This document shows, one piece after another, positions 48,721 to 62,119 of a stretch of DNA of 64,000 nt. The notes under the pieces are model-generated. The model did not search any database. It saw only the letters and a program-made list of their open reading frames with translations, and had not been told where the DNA came from. Source of the stretch: Octopus bimaculoides (taxonomy: Eukaryota); contig NC_068985.1 in the NCBI RefSeq assembly GCF_001194135.2, positions 122,121,320-122,185,319 on the forward strand, in the 5' to 3' direction. The position numbers and the translations under genes were made by a program. The stretch's first letter is position 1; each line of letters starts with the position of its first letter.

Positions 48721-51700
48721 CTAATACAAATAGCCACAAAACACGAGCAAAACAAAAACTGTTTTCAGTATTTAAGGAAGCTGACAAATACAAACAAGAA
48801 ATCAATCTACCTAACAAATACGACGAAGGAGGAGGAGGAGGAGGAGGAGAAGAAGAAGAAGAAGAAGAAGAATGAAATCCNNNNNNNNNNNNNNNNNNNN
48901 NNNNNNNNNNNNNNNNNNNNNNNNNNNNNNNNNNNNNNNNNNNNNNNNNNNNNNNNNNNNNNNNNNNNNNNNNNNNNNNNNNNNNNNNNNNNNNNNNNNN
49001 NNNNNNNNNNNNNNNNNNNNNNNNNNNNNNNNNNNNNNNNNNNNNNNNNNNNNNNNNNNNNNNNNNNNNNNNNNNNNNNNNNNNNNNNNNNNNNNNNNNN
49101 NNNNNNNNNNNNNNNNNNNNNNNNNNNNNNNNNNNNNNNNNNNNNNNNNNNNNNNNNNNNNNNNNNNNNNNNNNNNNNNNNNNNNNNNNNNNNNNNNNNN
49201 NNNNNNNNNNNNNNNNNNNNNNNNNNNNNNNNNNNNNNNNNNNNNNNNNNNNNNNNNNNNNNNNNNNNNNNNNNNNNNNNNNNNNNNNNNNNNNNNNNNN
49301 NNNNNNNNNNNNNNNNNNNNNNNNNNNNNNNNNNNNNNNNNNNNNNNNNNNNNNNNNNNNNNNNNNNNNNNNNNNNNNNNNNNNNNNNNNNNNNNNNNNN
49401 NNNNNNNNNNNNNNNNNNNNNNNNNNNNNNNNNNNNNNNNNNNNNNNNNNNNNNNNNNNNNNNNNNNNNAAAGACCTGGAAATAGAGATAACTCGAATGT
49501 GGAATCTAAAAACAGAAACAATTCCTATCATAGTAGGTGCCTTAGGTATAATAAAAAAATATTCAGACAAATACATAACAAAAACACCAGGACTTACAAA
49601 TATATATAACATACAGAAAATTGCACTACTGGGTACTGCACACATTCTACGCAAAACACTTTCAATACAGTAAACATAAGAGCACCACAGCAAACCACAG
49701 CACATACCCAAGGCGCACAGAACTGCGCTCGGTAGTGAAGTGAAAGCACGTTATAAAAATAAAACTACTGAACAATAATAATAATAATCCTTTGTACTAG
49801 AGGTACAAAGTCTGAAATTTGGGGGCAAGGGGTTAGTCAATTACATCAACCTCGATAGGATGATAAACCTATAAATTGTAGCACAATATGTTTGTATTTA
49901 GCTACAATAAGCTTCATAACGATTGCAAAGTATTATACAGATGATTAAGTTTGTAATGCAAAATTTAATATTTTGTTCTGATCATTTTGTCTTTTATGTT
50001 TTTAAAGGAAGCAACAATATTGGCATTTAAAGATGAAACCAAAGTGATAACTCTCAAGTTTCACACTTCTCATGAATGTAAGTTGTTTTACACATTTTCC
50101 AAACACATGTTGGTGTGTATTCATGAGCTCTGTATATTTGTCTGTAAGGTTTATGTGTGTGTTTATGTGAGGATGTATGTCTATGAATATGTATGTACAT
50201 AAGGATGCAGGCATGGGTGTGTGAGAAGGAGTTTGCTTCTTATCACACACCCATAGTTTCAGGTTCAGACACACTGTGTGGTATCTTGGACTTGTGTCTT
50301 CTACTATAGCCTCTGACTGACCAATGTTGTGTAATAGATTTGGTAGATGGAAACTGAAAGAAGCCCATCATCATCATCATCGTTTAACGTGCGTTTTCCA
50401 TGGGTTGGATGGTTTGACTGAGGTCTGGAGAGCCAGCAGCTGCACCAGGCTCCAATCTGATCTGGTAATGTTTCTACAGCTGGATGCCCTTCCTAACGCC
50501 AACCACTCCAAGAGTGAAGTGGGTGCTTTTTACGTGCCACTGGCACAGGAGCCAGTCAGGCAGTCCTGGCATTGATCATGTTCAGATAGTGCTTTTTACA
50601 TGCCACCAGCATGGGAGCCAGTCAGGGGGCACTGGCGTCAATCACATTCAGATGGTACTTTTTACGTGCCACCGGCACGGGATATATATATATGTGTGTG
50701 TGGTGTCTGTCTATCTGTCTTTGCCTTTATATTGCATGGTGGTTTGTAAGCAAGTGTTGACATCATGCAAGCAGCAGCCTTAATTTCCAATCTGCTGATC
50801 ATGGGAAAATATTACCTGACTTGAAAACAGGTGAGTGTTGGTGACAGGAAGGGCATTCAGCCATAGAATATCTGCCTGAACAAATTCTGTCCAACCCATG
50901 TGAGCATGGAAAATTGGGCATTAAACATTGATGATGATTGAGAAATAAAATTCTCTCATAAATTAATTACTACCAAAGGCTTTGCATTCTTTTAAGAGCA
51001 TATTAACTGAGTGGTGCTTGTCCTCATCCAAACTATTAACTGTTTGTGGAAACTACATGTATGATGTATCAATCAGGTAAAATGGTTTTACTGGAAATTG
51101 CACCTACATTGCAAACTCAGTTTTCTGGGAGATTCTGTTGGGAGAGAGGACTTTTTAGTTGTGGCACACACAGCATTTCTAGAGATGATAGCATGATAAA
51201 ATGCACTAGTCTGTGCTTGAAAAATGGCTGGTGATAGGAAAGGATTGCAGCCATGAAAGTTATGACAAGATGACAAAAAAATGTAAAAGTAATGAAGGAG
51301 ACATGAACTTTTTTGGCCTCTGCAAAAACAATCCATATAGAAGAGCAGTAACATGACATATGTAATGACAAAGATGAATGCTTTTCTCTGTTGCTATATG
51401 TGCCTGATGAAGAAGGAATGTGATAAATGGCAAGACACAGAGACCTTTTCAACCGCTGACATACTGGAAAAATGTTTATAAGAGGTGATACATTCTATCT
51501 ACAAACGTCATACACATGTATGCATATGTAGATATGTGTATGTAATGTAAATGTCTCCTAAGCTCCAACTAGCTTCTAAGAATCTGTGCTTAGTTAATGT
51601 TACTTTAATGTTACATGGGTGAGAGATAACTTTTACTCTAAATATGACACAAATCTATCTCATGTAGAAATTCTTTGTAGTTAGCTAAACTGAAGCATGT

Positions 51701-54700
51701 AAAATTAAGTGTAATGCTGAAATACAAAATATTTGCAATGAGTTTGAAATCAAGACCTTTGGGTTCATAATCCAAATACATATCCATTTAGTCATTCCAC
51801 TTCTACATGTAGATGTGTGCATATGTCTCAATATAACGACTCCATGTTTAAATATGTGTGCGAGTATGGTTACATAGTTAAGGGATTAAGATGTTTGCTG
51901 TGAAACTGTGAGAGCCTGGGTTCAATCCCACTGGACTAATGTAAACTATATAGAAGCATGTTACATGAGACTTCATCATATGTCTATCCTCCTTATCACC
52001 ATTTACTACATATGTTCCATGCTGGTGCGAGTTGGATGGTTTCACTACATTTGACTGGTCTGAAGATTACATTGTGTTCCAACATCTGCTTTGGCATGGT
52101 TTCTATGGCGAGATACCCTCCTAATATCAACCCCTTTACAGTGTGTACTGGGTGCTTTTTTTTTTTTTTTTTGTGGCACCACCACTAGTGAGGTTGCCAT
52201 GAAACCTGCATGACTAAAGTCCCCTTTGACTGAGTAGTAAGGGAGGCAGCTGTATGCTATGGAATAAAAAGAAAGTAAAAGTATGAGAAAAGGGACCAAA
52301 ACAGAATACATTTCTTGCTTTAGAAGAGCTATGTGGCTACTCACATTATACAAGACAGAGTGAGAGTGACTGAGATTGAGGTAGAAGGGGATGAAAATGG
52401 TGATGGTGTCAGGGTATACCCTCAAAGTGAGTAGAAATGAATGGGGACAGAAGTGAGTGTAGATACATAAAAGTGTATGGGAAAGTAAGTGATGATTAGA
52501 GATAGAGAATGGGTGAATATTATGATGAACAAGTTTTGGGGGGTAAATATAAAAGGTAGGGAGGAAGAAAGAGTTAGTGACAACTGTAGAAACTGGGTAT
52601 GATTGAGGGGTGACCAATGATACTGACAAGTTAGGGAAGAGGCGGTGACTGGCAGTGCAGAAATGGGGTGGAGAGTAACAGACTAGTAACTATGAAGATG
52701 CTGTAGACAGGAGAAGGATGGGAGAAAGAGAGACGGATGATGTGGTTAGACAGTTTGTTAGAATGTGGGGCAGACATAGTGAACAGAAAAGAAGACAGAT
52801 GTATGGTGGAGGAGGAGAGTTAATTTGGTGGATCAGTGTAAAATGTGGGTGAAAAGGACAGTATTAAGAATGAAGGGTGAATATCAGGATATTTCTGTTG
52901 GTATCTGTTTATATTTAAATTACAGCAGCAGAATACTACTGTTAAACAGAGGATGAGTGGCTGGGATGTTTTGAATAGGAAATTGGTCTAGGGAGCCTAG
53001 TTGTGTGTATATATATATATATTTATTAGGTTGTTGCACATGAAATGCCGTATTTGAAAGGTAACAATAAAATGTTTCAGAAGTGTTAAAGAACTGATTT
53101 ATTTAATCAAAGTATGATCCATGTTCATTTATGATGTTTACCCAACGTTTCTCTATGTCATATATTCCATCTTTTAAAAAAAATTCCTCTTTTGCTGTGA
53201 TAAACTGTCCGAATGATTCAATTACCTCTTCTCTATTTAAGAATGTTTTATTGCTTATGAAAAGCTCAAAATGCTTAAATAAGTGATGATCAATAGGAGA
53301 GATATCAGATGTTGCAAAATCTCATAATTCAGGCTTTGCAACTTTTGGACAGGAGTGTGAGGACATGCATTGTCGTGGTGCAAAATTGGGCCATCTCTAT
53401 TCACTAGTCTGGGTTGCTTCTTTCTCAAATTCTCATGCATACAATCAATTCTCTGGCAATACGATGTTGCTGTTACCATTTTTCCTTGTTGCAAAAATGA
53501 ATAATGAATAACTCCCTTCGCAGACCAACATACAGTGACCTCTAACTTTTTAGGGTGCAATGGTGGGTTTGGGTAGTGTTTAGGTAACTCTCCTGCATCT
53601 AATCACTGTCCTGTTCTCCTGCTGCTGTCAAAGAATATCCATTTCTCATCACAAGTAATGATTTGATGCAAAAATGGTCTTTTTCCAGTCAAGATAGCAA
53701 TAAGGAGCATACTTTGAGGCGTCAGCTTTTTTGAATCTCGTTCAGTTGATGTGGAACAAACCTATCTGTTTTCTTGACTTTTCCAATTTTTTATGGGTGT
53801 CCAAAAACAGTTGTGCAACATGTTTGGAGTTCTGATGAAAGTTTTCGAACCATTATTCTCAGATTTTGTTCAACCAAAGCATTTAATCCATCATGCCAAA
53901 TAACTGATTTTGGCCTACCCCTTGGTTTATTTTCAAGGCTATCATCTCCTGAACGAGAGCTTTGGAACCATTTTTGAACAGTTCTGATGTTAACAAAACC
54001 ATTACCAAAGGCCCACTTGATATTCTGTAGAGCTTCTGCGGCAGAGTGACCCAGTTTGTACTCATATGAGAAAATCACTTAACATAGTTTGGTTGTTGTC
54101 ATTTTCATAAGGTCTGTGGATACAAATTTTGTATACCAATATTGTTGGGAAAGAAAAAGAGTCAATATTAAATGCAAGGTATACGTAATTGAGCTTTTAA
54201 ATGACTGAAATAACAAGTAATTGAAAATGCGACATTTCTTGTGAAACAACCTAATATATATATACAGGGGTTGGACAAAATAATGGAAACACCTTAAAAT
54301 TTCAAACAAATTTATTTTAATATGGGGTAGGACCGCTTTTGGCAGTAACTACAGCTTGAATTCTATGAGGTATGGACTTGTACAACGTTTGAATTGTTTC
54401 CAAAGGAATTTTTGTCCATTTTTCAGCTAAAACAGTCTCCAGTTCTTATAGTGATGATAGTGGAGGATATCGACTCCTTACTTGTTTTTCTAAAATGCAC
54501 CATAAATGTTCAATAATATTGAGATCTGGGGACTATGGTGGCCAGATAAGATGTTCAACTTCACTAGAATGTTCCTCATGCTATTCAGTAACAACTTTAG
54601 CTGTGTGAATTGGTGCATTATCATCCTGAAAAATTGCGTTTCCCACCGGAAACTGTTCCGCAACCATAGGATGAATTTGATCAGATAAAATGCTTAAATA

Positions 54701-55419
54701 GTCTTGACTATTAATTCTGCTATGAAGGGAAACCATTGGGCCGGTGGATTTCCAAGATNNNNNNNNNNNNNNNNNNNNNNNNNNNNNNNNNNNNNNNNNN
54801 NNNNNNNNNNNNNNNNNNNNNNNNNNNNNNNNNNNNNNNNNNNNNNNNNNNNNNNNNNNNNNNNNNNNNNNNNNNNNNNNNNNNNNNNNNNNNNNNNNNN
54901 NNNNNNNNNNNNNNNNNNNNNNNNNNNNNNNNNNNNNNNNNNNNNNNNNNNNNNNNNNNNNNNNNNNNNNNNNNNNNNNNNNNNNNNNNNNNNNNNNNNN
55001 NNNNNNNNNNNNNNNNNNNNNNNNNNNNNNNNNNNNNNNNNNNNNNNNNNNNNNNNNNNNNNNNNNNNNNNNNNNNNNNNNNNNNNNNNNNNNNNNNNNN
55101 NNNNNNNNNNNNNNNNNNNNNNNNNNNNNNNNNNNNNNNNNNNNNNNNNNNNNNNNNNNNNNNNNNNNNNNNNNNNNNNNNNNNNNNNNNNNNNNNNNNN
55201 NNNNNNNNNNNNNNNNNNNNNNNNNNNNNNNNNNNNNNNNNNNNNNNNNNNNNNNNNNNNNNNNNNNNNNNNNNNNNNNNNNNNNNNNNNNNNNNNNNNN
55301 NNNNNNNNNNNNNNNNNNNNNNNNNNNNNNNNNNNNNNNNNNNNNNNNNNNNNNNNNNNNNNNNNNNNNNNNNNNNNNNNNNNNNNNNNNNNNNNNNNNN
55401 NNNNNNNNNNNNNNNNNNN

Positions 55420-55456
<37 letters not shown>

Positions 55457-55932
55457 TACCCGTGCTGGTGGCACATAAAGAACACCTTTTGAGTATAGGG
55501 GCCTCACGGAGCTAAAGTCACTAAGTTCCTTTCAAGCATTGGACCTCACAGAAACAAAGTGGCTGAGTTCCTTTTGAGTGTTGGGCCTCACGGAGGCAAT
55601 GACCAAGACTTTTGGCATTATGTTGTGCTTGAGAAGAAAACCCATCAATCTGAGCAAAATTGCAGTTGTGGAAGATACTAGTGTCACGCAAATGGTACCT
55701 GTGCTGGTGGCATATAAAAGCAACCCCTTGTCACACAAATGGCACCTGTGCTGGCGGCACATAAAAGCATCCATTACACTCTCGGAGTAGTTGGTGTTAG
55801 GAAGGGCATCCAGCTGTAGAAAACCATGCCAAATCAAAGTGGAGTCAGTGCAAGCCTTCCAGCGTGTTAGCCCAGTCAAACCGTCCAACCCATCCCAGCA
55901 TGGACAATGGACATTAAATGATGATGATAATG

Positions 55933-55990
<58 letters not shown>

Positions 55991-58052
55991 AATGTGTACA
56001 AGTATACAGTTACAAGCTACATATGTGTATTGTGCTTCCAGAATCTGTTTCACTGAGACGAACTGCTCTTTTCAAGAACTGCATACTGTCAGTTGTCTTT
56101 GTTCTCTGTCACCCCTTCTGTGAAGTTCAAGGTCCTGAGACCAACCTACACCACTTTGCTGCTTGTCTTCCCAGGTTTCTCTCTTCTGTATGCTCTACCA
56201 CATAACATGATCGGCACTTCTTTATACAGCTGTCTTCATCCCTACTCATTACATGTCCATACCTATGCAGACTTCTTTCTTACTCACTATATCTGAATCC
56301 TCTTTTATCTGCTTTTTCTCTTCATACACTTGTGCTTTGTCATTCATGCACGCTAACATTGCAGTTCTAACCCAAACATCATACAGCACCCTTCACTGTG
56401 AGGGAAAATACCTTCATTGCTAGCAGCCATAGAAACTGGTGTGCTCCCAGTATGTATTACTCTTGTGCATCTGTCATATATGAAGCTTACTTTCTCTGTT
56501 TGTCTGCCTGTAATGCCACTTCTACTACACCCCTTGTGTGTCCATAACTTTCATTAGATACAACACACACACACACACACACACACAGATAAAGGTTCTC
56601 ATATCATCCATCACTTGTGTGTGTTCAGCCAAGTAAACTGAAGCAGTAAGTAAACTCTGAGGTTGAGATTGCACATTCCTAGCTTTATTTCATATCTAGG
56701 TGAAACTAGTGAGTATAAAATTGTATATTTTCTACCCAGAAACACAACTCAGCAAACTTATTCAGAACCTTTTATCAATCTAGAGTATTTTGTCTCTCCA
56801 GCTCTAAATCTAATTTCTTATTTTGGCAAAAGGCCAAAGATGTGCACAGATGTATGACAAAGTGAAAAGCTGTTGCTGTCACCCACAAAGAAGTATGACT
56901 TTATAACATGTATCACACTTTTGATAATTTCTTTTGGTGCCTATGTTGTTGTGAGTACATATCAGACAGCCTGTTGGCCTACCCACCCTTGACCCAACTG
57001 AACATTGAGTATGTGACAGCTGGAAGGAGAGAGGGCTGCACCAGCACCAGGCTGGTACTTGTAGATTGAAGCAACAGGAAGTGATGTGAAATGAAATAGT
57101 GCATTACCTGGCCCAGCAATTGTACCCATGGCCATGAGTTCTACAGTCTAACTACTAGGCCATGTGACTTATTATAATTGAGTGAATCACTTCCAAGTAC
57201 ATCTGCTACTTTAACTGTTTATCCTAAATTAAAGAAATGCAATGATGAGCCTAATGAGATTTGAATTCAGAAGATAGAAGATCAAGCTAAGTTCTGAAAG
57301 TCAATAATCCTGTGCTTTACCATTTATGTCATTCCACTGTCTTAGAATAAGTTATCGTAACTATTTCTAGTTTAGGCACAAGACCAGCAATTTTGGTGGG
57401 GAAGAGGCTCATTGATAACATCAAACTCAGTACTTTGCAACTTTATTTTACTGACCTTGGAGAGTTAAAAGGCAAAGTTGCCCATGACAAGATTTGAACT
57501 CAGAACATAGAAAAGTGGAAGAAACGCTGCGAGGCATTTTTGTCTGTTCTAACAGTTCTACCCATCCATTACCCTAATAAGATGTAATGGTAACATTCTC
57601 TTCTAGTTTCATTTATCTTTGATTTTATTATATGTTTATTTACTGCAATTTTTAGCGAAAAGAACTGACGGGAAGTTTGAATTGTGTTTTGAAGCTGAAG
57701 AAGTGAAAAATACTGAAGAAGAAACTAATGATGACATGGTATGTAGATTCTAGTTTTCGAAAACTCTCTTTTGAAAAGTTCAACTTGCAAAATCACTTGA
57801 CTTGCAGCTTATTAAGATGAAATGCTATCTTCATGAATACATTCATGTCTCACATGGTGGACTAACAGTTAAATTGCATGTATGTGTTTGGATGGTATTT
57901 CACTTCCCATACAACTATATAGTTTGGGGTTCCATCTCACTACTTGGCACCTTGTGCAATGTCTTCTACTATAGCTTCAGGCCATTTAATGTCTTGTGAG
58001 TGAAATATAGATGTACACTGTGTGGAAATTGTTATTATATATATGTGTGTAA

Positions 58053-58138
<86 letters not shown>

Positions 58139-60472
58139 ATGTATATGTATGTGTATATATATATATATATATATTTGTAAAGTGGTTGGAATTAAGAAGG
58201 GCATCTAGCTGCAGAAACCATGCTAGAACAGGTGTGGTGACGTCATCTTGAGGGTCTCCAGCACGCATGGGCAGGGTTGGAATCTTCTGGAAGGCCTGCC
58301 GTAAGTTCCCTCATGTGCATGCGCAGAAAACTAGCAGCAACAAAGTTCTCTTGTATCTCTGACTCGAGACACTAGCAGCTGAACTATGCAGACGTGTCCT
58401 CAGGCGCTCTCACTTTGCCTCTGCTGCTGACCTGAGACGCTCTGTATTTGACCAGCTCCGAGTAGCTGGAGTTCTGTGAAGAATGCCTTCACAAATTTGT
58501 GATTAAAACTGACTTTGCTGCTTCCACAGGTGACCTGGCTACTGATTGTCCCAAGTTGTAATTCTTATACAGACAAAATAAAGGATTGTTATTTGTTCGG
58601 ATGTTTTGTTCCGATATTTTTCCTTCTAACATTTATGTAAGGAATTGTGTGGCACCCTTCCAGTGCCAACCTTTTCTGTTACACAGGCAATGGAGTTTGG
58701 GGAAGCCCCTGGTCCTACCAGCTCCTGTCAAACTGTCCAACCCATGCTAGCATGGGAAACGGACGATAAATGATGATAATGCTGGTGATGATATACATAT
58801 ATATATATATAGGTGTGTGTGTGTGTATTCCTGCTTGTCTTCACATTGTCATTCTAGGAGTAAAATCAGTGACAGTATTGTAAATTGTAAACAATATATC
58901 CTGTAGTTTGGCATTTTTCTTGTGTGAAGTTGGTAAAATAAAAATAATATACTTCAAAAGCAAGTAAGGTTGGTGGCAGGAAAAACATCCAGCTGTAGAA
59001 TACTGCTTTTAATGACACTAATCTAACCCATTCCAACATGGAAAAAGTGGACATAAAATGATGTTGATAAACCTCTATCATGTTTAACAGAGTATTCAGT
59101 TGTTTCATCAACTGTTAAGTGGCTGAGTATTCCACAGATTCATTTACGCTTCATTTTCAAGTTGAATGAGTGTAACACAATGTTTGACAAGGCTCGACTG
59201 TTGAGTTACAAATGCAAGCCATTTAACAAAATTCTTAACAGTTGCCTTTTGCTGAGTTTCATTTGCAAGGCTTGGGTCAACATGAGGTTACAAAAGAAGA
59301 CACTTGCCCCAGATGCCATATAGTGGAGTCAAACCCAGGATCTCGTGTTTGCTAGGCAAACTTCTTAACCACGGAACTATGTTTATATTTTACATATAAC
59401 TCATTGCTTACCCAGAATATGTAATATAGAATAAATCTGAGCTGTATACTTAACTTTCAAATAATATGGCTCACTGTTTATTATAACAAGCTGATTTCTT
59501 CAGAAATTCCTGCAACTTATAAAGTTGATAATTAGATATCTTTGATCAAGTAGATCTATGATCAAAGCGATGCTACTCATGACAACTACATCACTCAATG
59601 TGTCCCTTTTTTGTAAAAGAAAGAGTAGGGTATGATTTCATCAAAAGTTGTCTGCTACTTCATGCAGGTTGACTGACTGTGTAGAGGCTCCCTAAATGTG
59701 TAGCAATGGCGGTGATGGTGGTCTCAGTATTTTTTCATGTGGATCATACTCAGTTTGTTCCTCTTCAGTTTCTGCAAAGCTTTTACATTGTGTTTCCGTA
59801 TTACCATTTGTAAACTATGTGGCTTGCAGCAAAAGTAACAATACTCTGAGAACAGATAGAGAACCCAATAAAAAAAATTACATAAAAGTTTCAGGAAATG
59901 GATGAATGACGAATCTCAATCTCTCTCTCTCTCTCCTCTCTCTCAGGGATATGATAACAGTCTGTTACAAGTAACATCCTACATTCTTTGAGGCATACAG
60001 AACTATTCTCTGTGCTACTTTGAAGCTCATTATCTGGAAGTTATAAGTCAAATATTTTCTCAATTTCACTCTCTACAGAAAGGTGCAGAACCTCTTGTTT
60101 GCATCCAGAGATGTAATTTCTACTGCATTCAAATAAGTTGCATTCTTATGAATTTGTAAAATCAAAGATTCCTTATTTTTCCCAGTACAGACACACCTTT
60201 ACAAGTTCTTATTCACTTGCAATTTGCCCATTACACTTAAAAATATCCTCCAGCTATGCTTTCAGGATATAATTACCAAATCTGTTTCAGTGATAAAATG
60301 GTGTTTCTTCTGTTAAATTTCTTTCTTCATCTAGTCTGAAGTATTTTTGAACATCAATATTAGTACAATTTGTATTTCATTCGACTCTTTATAATTGTAT
60401 TTATATTTTTTATTGCAGGAAACTGTTCCCTTCAGTACTCTTATGGAGGTAAAGCTACTGTCCAAGTCATAA
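33359..60472 (+). CDS. COIL: Coilin (Cajal body scaffold), join(33359-33588,39136-40673,43193-43449,45390-45488,46469-46516,50008-50077,57656-57738,60419-60472), 792 aa
   Basis: Exon 1 is a Coilin_N-like domain ([30 protein letters not shown]). Exon 2 is a long K/E/D/S-rich open frame with basic clusters and a KHIHFD motif. The C-terminal exons give [21 protein letters not shown]|[16 protein letters not shown]|EATILAFKD...|KRTDGKFEL...|[17 protein letters not shown], matching the recalled Tudor-like coilin C-terminus ([23 protein letters not shown]...PGKFDL). Exon lengths sum to 2379 nt = 793 codons with consistent phases. Confidence 0.9.
34665..34930 (-). mobile_element. SINE family A, 3' portion
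   Basis: High similarity to 10334-10717 and to the reverse complement of 37650-38055. Confidence 0.85.
35359..35599. mobile_element. Foldback MITE with 8-bp TSD (Merlin-like), CCCTAA repeats in the loop
   Basis: Arms GGTAATCTTCAAGTTTAGGGGGATAAAAAAAA..GAACGACTTACCAGTATT / AATACTGGTAAGACGTTC..TTTTTTTTATCCCCCTAAACTTGAAGATTACC; TSD TTGATATT at 35351-35358 and 35600-35607. Confidence 0.9.
36606..36949 (-). mobile_element. tRNA-derived SINE family C
   Basis: Minus-strand head GGAGGTGCAACGGCCTAGTGGTTAGGGC..GGTTTCAATTC has A- and B-box-like motifs. A partial relative lies near 59070-59220. Confidence 0.7.
37650..38055 (+). mobile_element. Full-length SINE family A
   Basis: tRNA-like head, central (TA)n and an AGTAAAAGAG-type tail. 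Diverged copies at about 38560-38815, 40755-41065, 46170-46330, 50205-50365 and 57870-58030. Confidence 0.88.
41272..41372 (+). repeat. 27-bp minisatellite, about 3.7 units
   Basis: CTGTACYAAGAYATTTTGTYTRMCAAG repeated in coilin intron 2. Confidence 0.85.
48721..49790 (+). mobile_element. R4/Dong-clade (RLE) non-LTR retrotransposon, 5'-truncated, spanning a gap and flanked by (AAT)n
   Basis: 49473-49673 is open to the stop: [47 protein letters not shown], the R4-type C-terminus (EI.RMW, PIV.GALG, QK.ALLGTA.ILR). (AAT)n runs occur at about 48690-48720 and 49775-49788. Linking the piece left of the gap is inference. Confidence 0.8.
53026..54254 (-). mobile_element. Full-length but degenerate mariner (DD34D-type) element, 1229 bp
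   Basis: TIRs TTAGGTTGTTGCACATGAAATG / CATTTCTTGTGAAACAACCTAA with TA on both sides. Transposase pieces [18 protein letters not shown] and [29 protein letters not shown] are broken by frameshifts. Confidence 0.9.
54265..54758 (-). mobile_element. Second Tc1 copy (same family as 27013-28164), cut by a gap
   Basis: TA|CAGGGGTTGGACAAAATAATGGAAACACC followed by near-identical sequence up to the N run. Confidence 0.9.
56010..56560 (-). mobile_element. Degenerate RTE LINE 3' region
   Basis: Minus strand carries CTGCATAGGTATGGACATGTAATG and AAGAAGTGCCGATC, matching the L.W.GHV and IKKC.. segments of 13210-13500 and 19250-19500. Confidence 0.55.
58233..58631 (+). mobile_element. Solo-LTR-like insertion within an RTE-related repeat (tentative)
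   Basis: GC-richer 400-bp block bounded by TGT and AACA, with AATAAA at about 58577. It interrupts a copy of the AGGAAGGGCATC repeat. No TSD was found. Confidence 0.4.
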
Positions 60473-60495
60473 CTTGAAGATTATTATTATTTTTA

Positions 60496-60532
<37 letters not shown>

Positions 60533-61059
60533 TTTGATGATTTATTTTTATATGGCAATATATGTACATTATTGTAAAAAGTTTGTATAATATTAAATTC
60601 TACACTACATCAACATGGTGTTATATTTTACCTTCTTTAAAATATTTCTCCCCCCACCCCTTCACTCTCTGTGGACTGATGGAAGCATTTACGGCTAAAT
60701 GGATGAATATTGGATGGTTTTTCCTCTGGCGTAACATAGTGAGCTGGTTGAGTATAGGACAGTAAAGGTTTAGTAAGTTGTTTGTTTTCTATTTACAATT
60801 ATTAGTTGCAGTGACAGATTTCTCTGGCTGCATAAAGAACAGACCTCATGACATGTATGTATGATATGGGCAGTGAATGCAGATTTTCTGTGAAAGGTGG
60901 ACTGGAGTAAGCTAAATAGGGTTCATTTTCATAAATAATACAAAAAAATTCTCACTTTTAAGTTGTTATGAAATTAACAATGCTGAAAGCTACAAATACT
61001 CTGAACATGTACACAGAAATATAATGATTAACACAATGTATTTGTGGATCGCTGGGTTA

Positions 61060-61300
61060 CCATAGTTTAAAAGGTATGTGTGAAGAATCTTTTAGGAATC
61101 ATTACTCAAGTAATAATTCACTTCCTAATATTTTAGAAAGAGGAATATTACAGCCTTATCTAAACATGGCAATTAAAAGAGCCACGCCGAGTTTAAAGTA
61201 TCATGATCAATTTTAACATTTAGTAATAACTGTATCTATAGCCATCTTCTTTGTAACCTCTATAATGAAGAAAAATATCAAATCTTATTTAAGACAGGTA
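61060..61300 (+). mobile_element. Penelope-like GIY-YIG endonuclease remnant (tentative)
   Basis: GMCEESFRNHYSS.. and, in another frame, LCNLYNEEKYQILF resemble PLE motifs (G.TE..FK.RY.NH; CNLC..EK..IL). Confidence 0.4.
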
Positions 61301-62119
61301 TTTTCAAATGAAAAATAATGACTGAATTAGCAAATGTTGTCATAGAAATATATTTTTAACCAACTTTATAGAATAGTTGAAGTTAGTTAAAATAGATGTA
61401 ATTAAATTGTCATGCCAGTATTTCAGTATCTGCCATTCTTGGATAGAACCGAACAACAGAATGCTACTATAACACTATATCAGCCACACTGGAATTACTT
61501 CTACCAGTCATTGTCCAGATTGAAACTAGATTGCAAAATTTAATGCTTTACTAGTCATGAAGCCTATATAATTCTAACTGATCACAAAGAGAACTCCACT
61601 ATTAGCTCCAGTCCTACTGAGAGTAAACTTGGGGCGGTTAGTGAATATATTTAAATGGAATTAATGAGAAAATTTGAAAAGCCATTAGTTTATGACATTG
61701 GAATACTACCAGTACTGTAGTTAATAGGTTAAGTAAATTTAGAGAAAAAAATAAATGGAAGTTCACCCAATTGAATTTTATCCATCCATTTCCAAAAAAT
61801 CTCCTCACTAATGATTAGAATTTAGAAGAGCATATTGTACTGTAAACAGTGATATTTATACATAGCAGAAAAAGCCCTCTTTTGAACATGTGGCTGACAT
61901 GGGTATAACATTAATGATCCATTAGATATTAGCATGGATAGATGGTTAGACATTTGCAAGTTCATATAATATTCTTTAGATATGTTCAAATTTAGATTCA
62001 ATATCTTAGACATAAAATTGTATAGAGATGTGGCATGGCTGTTTCTGACTAAAACAAAAGTAGAAAATAGGTAATCACTACATTTAAGAAGTTATGATTT
62101 ATTACAGTGGTTATGAACA

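Noticed and set aside
52240-52990. Long purine-rich strand-biased tracts (also about 31010-31250 and 32450-32800)
   Set aside because: Two of them share diverged sequence, indicating an old dispersed repeat. No coding or structural signal could be assigned.
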